Source: Candidatus Eiseniibacteriota bacterium (GTDB lineage Bacteria > Eisenbacteria > RBG-16-71-46 > CAZAMP01). Taken from it: DNA of 38,411 nt. The stretch covers positions 1 to 38,411 of the forward strand of contig CBDCYW010000016.1 of assembly GCA_965224245.1 (NCBI GenBank), in the 5' to 3' direction. A program made the translations under genes and the position numbers. The notes below the pieces were generated by a model that was not told the origin of the DNA, did not search any database, and saw nothing but the letters and a program-made list of their open reading frames with translations. Positions 27,080-34,842 of the stretch are shown one piece after another. The stretch's first letter is position 1. Each line of letters begins with the position of its first letter.

Positions 27080-27733
27080 AGCCGATCCCCCCACTCTTTG
27101 ATCCCGGCCGACCTTCGCCGACGCCGACCTGAAACCCGGCACGCGTCATCAGGTTCGTGATAGACTCTTGCGAAAGCATATCAGCATCGTACTCGACGTC
27201 GACAACGGCGCTCCATTTCCGCCATGCTGGGCGCGCCCGGATGTCGGGTTTGTCTTTGTTGATCTTGACGAAGTCGGTCCGCATCCTGACACGTCCGTGT
27301 ATCTTGACGAGCCCGACGCCGCTGGTCTTGTCGTATCCCTGCGGCACGATACCGGTGATCGCCTGCTGGGCTGTGGACATGAACACGCCCGGGACGCACC
27401 TGCACGCGCTCACCATTGCCTTTCGGAACGCTTCGGCCGTGATGCCGTCCCATCCATCTTCCGAGATGTGCCGCGCGTCCATGAACAGCTCACGGAAGTT
27501 TTTTGGTTTCAGCGGCTTCTTGTCACGCTTGGCCTTCACTTGCCCCATCTCTTGCGTCGCCATCATCTGGCGCTTTGCCTTTTCGGAGAACTGCTGGAGT
27601 ATCAGATCCCCATTGATGCCCTCGATGTTGAACCGTGCAATGACAAAGTTCGGACGCGAAATCGCGACCTGAACGACCTCGGGATTGCCGGTTCGTCCAC
27701 AGCTTCCACATCTTGTTTCCCTTTCGGCACCAT
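27051..27733 (-). CDS. Cas7/RAMP-like RNA-binding protein; one-base frameshift near the N-terminus
   Basis: ISRPNFVIARFNIEG..DLIL (beta1), GITAEAFRKAMVSAC (alpha1), DIRARPAWRKWSAVVDVEYD, and a C-terminal Gly-rich loop AGFQVGVGEGRPGSKSGGIGCGRF. GGAGGT plus ATG 27733 is out of frame with the body by one base. Confidence 0.7.
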
Positions 27734-27785
27734 CACGACCTCCATTGACGGTTAAGAACTTTGTGGCAGGATCATCAAACCTCAG

Positions 27786-28004
27786 TCACGTCCCATCTGG
27801 CCACCTCCCTGCCGTCAGCGCCTCGGCGCGCCACTTCTCGCGGCTCATCTTGATGCCGGCGGCGGTGCACTTGGCGGCGAAGTCGAGACAGTCGGCGGCG
27901 ATGACCATGGCGAGCTTGGTCTCGGCGTCTGTCGGTCGCCCGACGCCCGTGCCGGCGATGGCGTGCATGGCGATCTCGAGGGTCAGGCGCTCACGTTCGG
28001 TCAT
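27786..28004 (-). CDS. hypothetical protein
   Basis: ATGA-coupled to the methyltransferase stop; starts MTERERLTLEIA. Confidence 0.6.
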   Translation of the reverse strand: MTERERLTLEIAMHAIAGTGVGRPTDAETKLAMVIAADCLDFAAKCTAAGIKMSREKWRAEALTAGRWPDGT

Positions 28005-29104
28005 ACGAGCGTCTCCTGCGCCAGCCGTGCGGCGGCGATGTCGAGATGGTCGGCTCCGATGTCGATGCCAACGCAACGCCATCCGTGGCCGCCGTACTTG
28101 GCGGCGACCGCGGTGGTACCTGACCCGACGAATGGGTCGAGCACGGTGCCGCCGGGGCGTGTCACGAGGCGGATCAGGTAGCGCATCAGGTCAACCGGTT
28201 TCACGCATGGATGCCCGTTGGAGCCCTCGCCGCCGCTATGGCGTTCGGTGGAGTCGGCCTTAGGGACGTAGAAGAACCGGGCGGCGCTGCTCACCGGAAA
28301 CCCCGCCACCACCTCGTCGCTGCCGTCGTGGATCAGGTTGGCGGGCCAGCGGCCGGCAGGGAGTGGGATGTCGCCTCGCGCATATGCTTCCCGCTGGGCG
28401 TCGTTGTTCTGGCCGATACGCGCCGACCCCCTACCCCCGGCGCCCTTCGCGGCCCACGTCTCGGGTGTGTCATCCATGCCGCCGGGGATACGCGAGGCGT
28501 CCACATTGATCGCCCCCGTGCCCCACTTGAGCACGTTCGCCGCGACGGTGCCGTCGAGAGGCTTACGCGCGACGACGATCGGCTCCACCGCTGGCTTTAG
28601 CGCCGTGCCCCAGCCGCCCCACTCGCGCGCGGCGTCGGTGGCGGGGGCGGTGATGTTGAACTCGGGTTTGTAGCCTGCCTGGCCAGCATCGGCCCACCCG
28701 ACGCCGACTTGGTTGGTTGAGCGCCCAACCACCTCCCGCTCAGCCCCAGCCGCCTTGTCTATCGCCTTCGATACGTCGAGCGACTTGGGGAACCCCGAGC
28801 CGTACACCCACATGATGCAATCGCGGATCTCCCAGCCCGCATCCTCGATCGCGCACGCGAGACGGTGATAGGTGCGGGTGCCCCCGAACGCGAGGAGATG
28901 CGCGCCGGGCTTGGCGACTCGCGCAGCCGCTTGCCAGAACTCGACGCCAGGCACGCCGTGGTCCCATCCCTTGCCCATGAAGCTGAGCCCGTAGGGCGGG
29001 TCCGTCACGATCGCGTCCACGCTCTCGGCGTCCATCGACGCCATGACCTCTCGGCAGTCGCCGAGGTACAGCGTCACGCGCCCGTCGTCGTGATACGGCG
29101 TCAT
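28001..29104 (-). CDS. DNA N4-cytosine/N6-adenine methyltransferase (beta class)
   Basis: LYLGDC...IVTDPPY...HPCVKPVDLM...VLDPFVGSGTT. Confidence 0.93.
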   Translation of the reverse strand: MTPYHDDGRVTLYLGDCREVMASMDAESVDAIVTDPPYGLSFMGKGWDHGVPGVEFWQAAARVAKPGAHLLAFGGTRTYHRLACAIEDAGWEIRDCIMWVYGSGFPKSLDVSKAIDKAAGAEREVVGRSTNQVGVGWADAGQAGYKPEFNITAPATDAAREWGGWGTALKPAVEPIVVARKPLDGTVAANVLKWGTGAINVDASRIPGGMDDTPETWAAKGAGGRGSARIGQNNDAQREAYARGDIPLPAGRWPANLIHDGSDEVVAGFPVSSAARFFYVPKADSTERHSGGEGSNGHPCVKPVDLMRYLIRLVTRPGGTVLDPFVGSGTTAVAAKYGGHGWRCVGIDIGADHLDIAAARLAQETLV

Positions 29105-29355
29105 GGCACCAGCCTCAGTTGTTCCTCGGTCACGAGCCGGTAGGCGGCCCACGTCGTGCCGTGCTTCTCGACGATCTTACGCTCGATGGTGTGACCGCGC
29201 TTCTTGAGGTCGTAGATCCGTGCCGGGACACGGGTAATCCATGTGCCGTCTGCGAGGTCGCAGGTCGGGTGCCACTCGCCGTCCTGGAGTATGGCCAGGA
29301 TGCGCTCGCACTGCGTCGGCTTTTCGATGCGGCCGGTCAGGTCGTGGGCGCTCAC
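29101..29355 (-). CDS. winged-HTH DNA-binding protein
   Basis: TQCERILAILQDG...RVPARIYDLKKRGHTI. Confidence 0.75.
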   Translation of the reverse strand: MSAHDLTGRIEKPTQCERILAILQDGEWHPTCDLADGTWITRVPARIYDLKKRGHTIERKIVEKHGTTWAAYRLVTEEQLRLVP

Positions 29356-29555
29356 TTCGAGCTCCACTCGCCGCACCAGTCGTGTGCGTACACTCGTGGC
29401 CACTGTTCACCGTCGCGTATCGGATTGTGGCTCGTGTATCCATTGATTATCGGGTTCGTTGGCGGGAACCTATGACACTCGCCCGCGTCTCTGTCGCCAT
29501 GCGTACGCCTGTACCACTTGCACGACTTGCAGTGGTATCGGTCGGACACGCTCAT
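29352..29555 (-). CDS. small Cys-rich phage protein
   Basis: CKSCKW...GECHRFPP...WPRV...DWCGEW. Confidence 0.7.
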   Translation of the reverse strand: MSVSDRYHCKSCKWYRRTHGDRDAGECHRFPPTNPIINGYTSHNPIRDGEQWPRVYAHDWCGEWSSK

Positions 29556-29809
29556 CTCGTCGCCGCCTCCCTCCGGGTCATGGTCTGGCGCTCGGGGTCC
29601 CAATCGTAGGCGCGCTCACCCTCGCCGTTGCCCTCGGCGCGCACGGTCAGCCGCACCGGGATGTCGTAGGTCGTCGCAAAGGCCTCGGCGGCGGCGGCGT
29701 GGTGGGGCGCTCCGATGGTGGCGCCGGCGTAGTCTCGGGTGCCTGACGTCACGAGGACGGTGTAGCGCTTGAGTCTCGCAATGCGTTTCCGGCATGCCTC
29801 ACAGGTCAT
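29552..29809 (-). CDS. hypothetical protein
   Basis: Coupled ORF, 85 aa. Confidence 0.5.
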   Translation of the reverse strand: MTCEACRKRIARLKRYTVLVTSGTRDYAGATIGAPHHAAAAEAFATTYDIPVRLTVRAEGNGEGERAYDWDPERQTMTRREAATR

Positions 29810-30218
29810 CGACGGCGCTCACTTTCACGACGACGCCGGGCGTGTCGCCGTATTGCTTGAGGATTGACAATGCCACGACCTGGGCGTCGTCGGCCCACAG
29901 GATGCCGTTCCCCGCGTCCAACACGGCCTTAGTGATGTTGTCGGCGTCCGGCCGACTCGGGCGCGGGTCGCCGTCTCGACGCCCACCCTTGGCGGGGATC
30001 GGCCACGAGGCTACGATGTCGACCCAGATCGGGACGCCGGGACCGTACACCGGCCGGACGTGCGCTTGACGCCGCATGTGGGTTGCTGCCTTGAGTTTCC
30101 AGACCCGCGAGCGTTCGGGATCGTAGACTCTGGCGCGCCCGGCGGGCGTTCTTGTGGCGCGCCCTCGGCCTTGCGCGACGGGCGTGCCGGGGATGGATAC
30201 GGAGATCACGTCGGCCAC
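29799..30218 (-). CDS. rusA: RusA-family Holliday junction resolvase
   Basis: IPGTPVAQGR...SRPDADNITKAVLDAGNGILWADDAQVV. Confidence 0.9.
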   Translation of the reverse strand: MADVISVSIPGTPVAQGRGRATRTPAGRARVYDPERSRVWKLKAATHMRRQAHVRPVYGPGVPIWVDIVASWPIPAKGGRRDGDPRPSRPDADNITKAVLDAGNGILWADDAQVVALSILKQYGDTPGVVVKVSAVDDL

Positions 30219-30436
30219 CTCAACACGATCTCACCCCCGCCTCGGGACACCACCTCGGCGTCACCCCGCCGGAGCACCGCCACGATCGACCCATGTCCCC
30301 ACTCGCGTCTCCCGTGCTTCCACTTGCCGTCGCCACCCATTCGCCGCCGGAGGGTCAGCGTGCCCTCTGCCTCGAGGAGCGCCGAGAGCGTCTGCCATGT
30401 CTCGTTTTTGAGATACTTCCGGATGTCGTGAGACAC
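30206..30436 (-). CDS. hypothetical protein
   Basis: 76 aa, in operon order. Confidence 0.5.
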   Translation of the reverse strand: MSHDIRKYLKNETWQTLSALLEAEGTLTLRRRMGGDGKWKHGRREWGHGSIVAVLRRGDAEVVSRGGGEIVLRWPT

Positions 30437-30440
30437 GTTT

Positions 30441-30803
30441 TCAGCCCCTCTCGGCGCGTTTCGCCTCGACTGGCCCCGGGGTACCGGTTTCGTCGTTCGC
30501 GTCGCCCTGTGGCACGTATGGCCCCTTCTCGGCGCCCTCAGCGTCGAGCCATGCCCGGACGGTGGCGTACCGTCGCCTCAACGCCCACGCCTGCCGGATC
30601 GACCGCTTGCGCCAGCCCGGCGAGAACGGGCGTTCGCATCGCCCATCCTCGTTGAACCGCTCCCCGCACGACAGGCAGGTGAGGTCCGGCCCGTACCACT
30701 CGTACGAGGCGACGACGAACAGCGTCGTTGCCTCGCACGTCGGGCAGTCGAGATGGCGCTCGGCGACATCGACGGGCGGGGGCGCGCAGATGTGGGCGGT
30801 CAT
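30441..30803 (-). CDS. zinc-finger hypothetical protein
   Basis: CPTC...CLSC; ATGA coupling. Confidence 0.6.
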   Translation of the reverse strand: MTAHICAPPPVDVAERHLDCPTCEATTLFVVASYEWYGPDLTCLSCGERFNEDGRCERPFSPGWRKRSIRQAWALRRRYATVRAWLDAEGAEKGPYVPQGDANDETGTPGPVEAKRAERG

Positions 30804-31027
30804 GGGTTCACCGCCAGGCTCCTGTCCCACACCGCCAGACGCATGTCGGCGATGTCGCGGACGTCGACGTACTCGCGCGCACCAAACGCTGTGATGAACA
30901 CACAGAACGGGATGGCCCCATCAATCCCGTCACGTTCGTAGACTGCCTCCAGGCGCGCGTACCCGATCGCCCCATTGACGTTCCTGAACTCGACGCCGAG
31001 GCCAACGAGGTTCTTGAAGTCCTTCAC
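30800..31027 (-). CDS. hypothetical protein
   Basis: Coupled at both ends. Confidence 0.55.
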   Translation of the reverse strand: MKDFKNLVGLGVEFRNVNGAIGYARLEAVYERDGIDGAIPFCVFITAFGAREYVDVRDIADMRLAVWDRSLAVNP

Positions 31028-31383
31028 GACATCCCCCTCAGCTTGAGCCCTAGCGCCCGCCGGGTCGCCTCGATCGTCTCGGGCGACGCCTGGGCCTCGT
31101 CGGCGCGTTCGAGCATCCGGCGCTCGTTGCTCTCGATCCGGGCCACGACGGCGTTCGCCTCGCGGTTTGCGGCGATCGCGGCCTTGATGTCCGGTGGCCC
31201 CGGAAACCAGCGCTGGCGCTCAGGGTCCTCGGTGTGACGGCGGGCGGCATCCATCAGCTCTTGCGCGTCGATGTGCGCGAAGTCCTCGCAGTACGCCTCG
31301 CCTGTCTCGTCGGAGAGCGGGAACGAGGGGTAGCGCGCCACGAGCCAGTTCACGACGGCCAGGATCTCGTTACGTGTCGCCAT
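31024..31383 (-). CDS. replicative helicase loader/inhibitor-like protein (G39P-like)
   Basis: LVARYPSF...YCEDFAHIDAQELMDAARRH...WFPGPPDI; directly downstream of the initiator. Confidence 0.65.
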   Translation of the reverse strand: MATRNEILAVVNWLVARYPSFPLSDETGEAYCEDFAHIDAQELMDAARRHTEDPERQRWFPGPPDIKAAIAANREANAVVARIESNERRMLERADEAQASPETIEATRRALGLKLRGMS

Positions 31384-32239
31384 GGGGTATCTCCAGGTTC
31401 TTTGCGGCAAGCGCCGCGACGGTGGCATAGCCCTTGGGTTTCGGTCGCTCTGACGGCGGCGAGACGCGGCCGTTGGTCGGGGCGCGGTCGATGTAGTTCC
31501 CGTCCAGGATCTTCGTGATGTTCGTGGGCTTGAGCACCCAATCGAACGCCATCGCGGGGTTGTCGAGCGCGAACGGCTTGGACTTGGCGAACGTCGCGAA
31601 CAGCTCGCGCCACCATTCGAGGTCTGGATGCTGTCGCCACCGCGTCCGAACGGTGTTCTGGCGCTCGTCTTTGATCCCTCGTGGCTGTGGCTTTGCCGGG
31701 AGGTAGCGTTTCCAGAGGGCCAGGATCTCGTCGTATGGCGGCGACCCCTCTGGGGGTTTCTCTTCCGAAGATGAAGATGAAGATGAAGATGAAGATGAAG
31801 ATGAAGAGCTATCGTTAGCCATTGGCTGTTCATTGGCTGAGCCATCACCGTCGGATGGCTGAGCCATAGCTGAGCCATGCTTCCAACGCTTTGCAGCGCC
31901 GCGCTTTCCTGCGTCTTTGCGTTCTCGACGACGTTTCGACTGTGCTTTCAACTCGGATCGAATGCGTTTGTGGTAGATGAATTCGTCGTCGGGGTCGTCC
32001 CAAGCGAATAGCTCTTGTGCCACGCGTCGGACGACATCGATAGGCGCACCCTTTGTGAGAAGGCTGAGCCGTTCGAGATCGCTCGGGAGTTGCCCCTGCT
32101 TGCATCCGGGCGCTGAGCCGCGCCAGCAATGGCAGAGGAGTCGGATGTAGACGCCCTCCTCCTCGGAGGTCATCCACTCGGTATCGGTGAGGTAGTCGGC
32201 TGGGTAGAACTGGAAAGCAGGGGAGTCCGAATTTCCCAC
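31370..32239 (-). CDS. phage replication initiator (DUF1376/YdaU-type N-terminus)
   Basis: PAFQFYPADYLTDTEWMTSEEEGVYIRLLCHCW; low-complexity linker; C-terminal FDWVLKPTNITKILDGNY. Confidence 0.85.
   Translation of the reverse strand: MGNSDSPAFQFYPADYLTDTEWMTSEEEGVYIRLLCHCWRGSAPGCKQGQLPSDLERLSLLTKGAPIDVVRRVAQELFAWDDPDDEFIYHKRIRSELKAQSKRRRERKDAGKRGAAKRWKHGSAMAQPSDGDGSANEQPMANDSSSSSSSSSSSSSSSEEKPPEGSPPYDEILALWKRYLPAKPQPRGIKDERQNTVRTRWRQHPDLEWWRELFATFAKSKPFALDNPAMAFDWVLKPTNITKILDGNYIDRAPTNGRVSPPSERPKPKGYATVAALAAKNLEIPHGDT
31767..31878. repeat. (GAAGAT)6+ tract and GCTGAGCCAT iteron-like repeats inside the initiator; candidate origin
   Basis: GAAGAT x6 at 31767-31802; GCTGAGCCAT at 31836, 31858 and 31869. 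Confidence 0.55.
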
Positions 32240-32244
32240 GTAAG

Positions 32245-32312
32245 CACCCTCCTCCATAGGGTGAAAGATCCCCACCGGCAGGTCGTGATGGAGGCACGAC
32301 CCACCGGCGGGG
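32245..32312 (-). promoter_or_regulatory. two hairpins with complementary 7-nt loops (kissing loop) over the initiator RBS
   Basis: 18-bp stem with loop CCUCCAU (32270-32312) and 6-bp stem with loop AUGGAGG (32245-32263), just 5' of GTG 32239. Confidence 0.7.
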
Positions 32313-32352
32313 GGCAGAGCGCCGATAGTGCCTGGCGGCCGGGGCGCGGGGC

Positions 32353-32952
32353 TCATTCTACCACACTCGTTTTTGCAATCGCAACGAGCTCATCACGAAA
32401 CGCTTCGGGCGTCGCCGACGCTGCCGCCTTGCCAACGCGCGGGCGCACCTCGCCAGACTTGACACGGTTCTCGCACCACGACACCAGGGCCGTTGACGAC
32501 TGATCCAGTGTCCGCCCCCAGCGCAAGTCGGGGAGCTCGACGCCGTGCGCGTACAGCCACGTGGCTTTCTTCGCCGGGTGCCCGTACCGCCATTGCTCGA
32601 TGTAGCACGTCCATCCACCCTCGTAGTCCGCGTTCACCCACCCGCCACCGGTCGGGGGTCGGTTGAGCCCGAACGCCGCCCATGCGTCAGAGTACGCGGG
32701 GTGTTCGAGTACGCCCCCGTACCGCCGCACCGACTCGAGCGCCGACGCGAACATGCCACCGTCCTCGCCACGCGTGTGCCCCCAGCGCGCCTCTACGAGT
32801 CCGGCGAGTCGGCACCATCTTGAGCACGGCGGGTGCGCCACGACGGGGTACGGGCCAGCGTAGTTCCTGGCGTCGCGAGCCTCATCCCAGATGTCGACGT
32901 CTGGGAGTTCGGCGTAGACGCCTTTGGGGTCAACGAACAGCGCCGCAACCAT
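32353..32952 (-). CDS. divergent C5-cytosine methyltransferase-like protein
   Basis: VVAHPPC (motif IV-like), VLEHP (motif VI-like), QWRYGHPAKKATWL (motif VIII-like); lacks a clear FxGxG. Confidence 0.5.
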   Translation of the reverse strand: MVAALFVDPKGVYAELPDVDIWDEARDARNYAGPYPVVAHPPCSRWCRLAGLVEARWGHTRGEDGGMFASALESVRRYGGVLEHPAYSDAWAAFGLNRPPTGGGWVNADYEGGWTCYIEQWRYGHPAKKATWLYAHGVELPDLRWGRTLDQSSTALVSWCENRVKSGEVRPRVGKAAASATPEAFRDELVAIAKTSVVE

Positions 32953-33351
32953 CTACTCCTCGGCGTCTGTGGGGGCAAGGGCGTCCCAGCCCTCATGGCG
33001 TGCCTCGCTAGGAAGATGCGGGTCGATCGACGATACGTATGCGGCAATGTTCTGTGGGTCATGCTCCTCTGTCGAGTAGCCGTGGCCCCAAGCTGAACGA
33101 CGCACCCCAGCCAACATCTTCTCGCCCTGCGAATACTCACCACCGAGCAAAAGCGTCGACGCCCAGGGGGTGCCGTTTGGAGACAGGTAGAAGTAGCCCG
33201 GCCACCATCGACCAAAGACGAACGTGGGGAGTTTCACACAGGCATAGCCCCACCGACGCGTTGAGATATTCCACGCGCCATGCATGGCGCTTCGTAGCGG
33301 GTACACCGTCACGGGACCGATTGACCTAGCCATCTCACGCACTCCCCTCAT
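32953..33351 (-). CDS. hypothetical protein
   Basis: Coupled ORF; Trp/Tyr-rich (YFYLSPNGTPWAST). Confidence 0.6.
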   Translation of the reverse strand: MRGVREMARSIGPVTVYPLRSAMHGAWNISTRRWGYACVKLPTFVFGRWWPGYFYLSPNGTPWASTLLLGGEYSQGEKMLAGVRRSAWGHGYSTEEHDPQNIAAYVSSIDPHLPSEARHEGWDALAPTDAEE

Positions 33352-33500
33352 CGTCGGTTGGTGTAAGGGCACGCCGACGTCGCCATCACCGACGCCATCA
33401 CCAGCGCCAGACCGATCACCCGCCACAGGATCGCGCCCGTCCCGATCGCGAACGCCACCGCGCCCGCGAGATACGCCACCGCCCGTTTCAGTCCTCGCAT
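33348..33500 (-). CDS. small membrane protein, paralog 1
   Basis: GAGGAGGAG RBS; MRGLKRAVAYLAGAVAFAIGTGAILWRVIGLALVMASV. Confidence 0.6.
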   Translation of the reverse strand: MRGLKRAVAYLAGAVAFAIGTGAILWRVIGLALVMASVMATSACPYTNRR

Positions 33501-33516
33501 GACTCCTCCTCGGTTA
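33371..33516. repeat. 146-bp direct repeat, copy 1
   Basis: Near-identical to 34697-34842 (offset 1326). Confidence 0.95.
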
Positions 33517-33760
33517 TCAGCTCGGATCGCCGGTCGCGCGTGTAGTGCATAACGCGAGACGCGCCCGGGTACGACTCCGCCCACTCTTCGAACTGGCGAA
33601 CCTCATCCACCCGCGCCGCCTTCTCGCGGGTGAGGCAGAGATCCCTCACGGCGTCGAGGCTGATTACGAACATGAGATCACCGGGGCCGTAGGATTTGCG
33701 TTCCTCGACATCGATCATGGCCTCAATATCCCGCTCCCGCTGAGCGTCGAAGTCAGTCAT
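33488..33760 (-). CDS. hypothetical protein
   Basis: Starts MTDFDAQRERD; ends TEEESCED like the HTH gene because of the repeat. Confidence 0.6.
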   Translation of the reverse strand: MTDFDAQRERDIEAMIDVEERKSYGPGDLMFVISLDAVRDLCLTREKAARVDEVRQFEEWAESYPGASRVMHYTRDRRSELITEEESCED

Positions 33761-33901
33761 GTCAGACCCCTGCGCGTGGTCTGATGCCAGTCTGTGTTCC
33801 ACGGCGCATCCTTTCGGACGGCATCAACCGCCGCGTCGAAACGCTTCTGCGCCTCATTCAGTCGAGTAGCCGCTTCGCTTCGACGATGTCCGGGGCCTTG
33901 C

Positions 33902-34321
33902 TCACGTCGTCGCCTCCTTATCGTGAACGAGTCTCCACACAGTGTGGTCACTCAACGTCCCGCAGGGCGCGTGGAAGATCACGACAGGCAGCCGCATCGC
34001 CTCGGCTGTTTTGATGGCGTTTAGTGTCCCGCGACTTTTGCCGTCCCAGACAGCGAGCAGCGCGTTGGCGCCTTGCAACATCTCTCGGTTACGGATTGGG
34101 CCAGCGGGTTTCCCGTGTCGGTCCCAATCCGCGCGGAACACCCGGTGCTCGATACCGTTGCCCTTGGCGTATGCGACGACGCGAGGGTCGACGCCACGGG
34201 GGCAATCGCCCACGTGCACCACGGTAGCGCCAACGTCGGACATCGCCCACCGGACGGCAGCCTGCACTAGGGATGCGTCGGTGATCCCGCGCGAGCCCGA
34301 GACAGCCAACACGAGGCTCAC
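33902..34321 (-). CDS. SLOG-family (DUF2493/YspA-like) nucleotide-binding protein
   Basis: VSGSRG...VHVGDCPRGVD...ADWDRHGKPAGPIRNREML...WDGKSRGT. Confidence 0.85.
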   Translation of the reverse strand: MSLVLAVSGSRGITDASLVQAAVRWAMSDVGATVVHVGDCPRGVDPRVVAYAKGNGIEHRVFRADWDRHGKPAGPIRNREMLQGANALLAVWDGKSRGTLNAIKTAEAMRLPVVIFHAPCGTLSDHTVWRLVHDKEATT

Positions 34322-34662
34322 GTCGCCCTCGCTTTCACCTTGCGAACGAGCACCGCCGACCACTCGGGGTCGAACTCGACGTGGACGTGAGAGTCTTCGA
34401 GCACCACGTCGTAATCGAGCGGCAGCGACTCGCGCAGCGCGTCGCGAAACTGCGCGCGCTTGAGCGTCCAGTCGGTGACGTAGCAGTCGAACGCCAGCCC
34501 CGACCAGTGCTTCGACTTGCGGCTGTGCGCGCCCTCGCGACCGCCCGACATGACGAGCGAGTCGGCCCCGACGTGACGCGCGGCCTCGATGGCGACCGTC
34601 CAGGCGTAGAGCGCCTCGGGTGGGTTGGGGACCACGACGTCGTCGCGGATGGCAACTCTCAT
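34318..34662 (-). CDS. peptidase M15-like (DD-peptidase/Hedgehog fold) zinc peptidase
   Basis: HSRKSKHWSGLAFD...SHVHVEFDP (H-x6-D...HxH). Confidence 0.75.
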   Translation of the reverse strand: MRVAIRDDVVVPNPPEALYAWTVAIEAARHVGADSLVMSGGREGAHSRKSKHWSGLAFDCYVTDWTLKRAQFRDALRESLPLDYDVVLEDSHVHVEFDPEWSAVLVRKVKARAT

Positions 34663-34826
34663 CGCCTGAGCCACCATAGGAGATCGATGCAGGCTGACGC
34701 CGAGGTCGCCAGCACCGACGCCATCACCAGCGCCAGACCGATCACCCGCCACAGGATCGCGCCCGTCCCGAAGGCGAACGCCACCGCGCCCGCGAGTGCC
34801 AGAAGCGCTCGTTTCAGTCCTCGCAT
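34659..34826 (-). CDS. small membrane protein, paralog 2 (55 aa; not in the ORF track)
   Basis: MRGLKRALLALAGAVAFAFGTGAILWRVIGLALVMASVLATSASACIDLLWWLRR; stop overlaps the peptidase ATG. Confidence 0.6.
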   Translation of the reverse strand: MRGLKRALLALAGAVAFAFGTGAILWRVIGLALVMASVLATSASACIDLLWWLRR

Positions 34827-34842
34827 GACTCCTCCTCGGTTA
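34697..34842. repeat. 146-bp direct repeat, copy 2
   Basis: Near-identical to 33371-33516. Confidence 0.95.

Noticed and set aside
31024-31878. 284-aa ORF with an LHLHLH repeat
   Set aside because: Its N-terminal part is an alternate frame of the initiator's (TCTTCA)n tract; the real gene starts at ATG 31383
33371-34842. DGR template/variable repeat pair
   Set aside because: No reverse transcriptase in the genome, and mismatches are not confined to adenines
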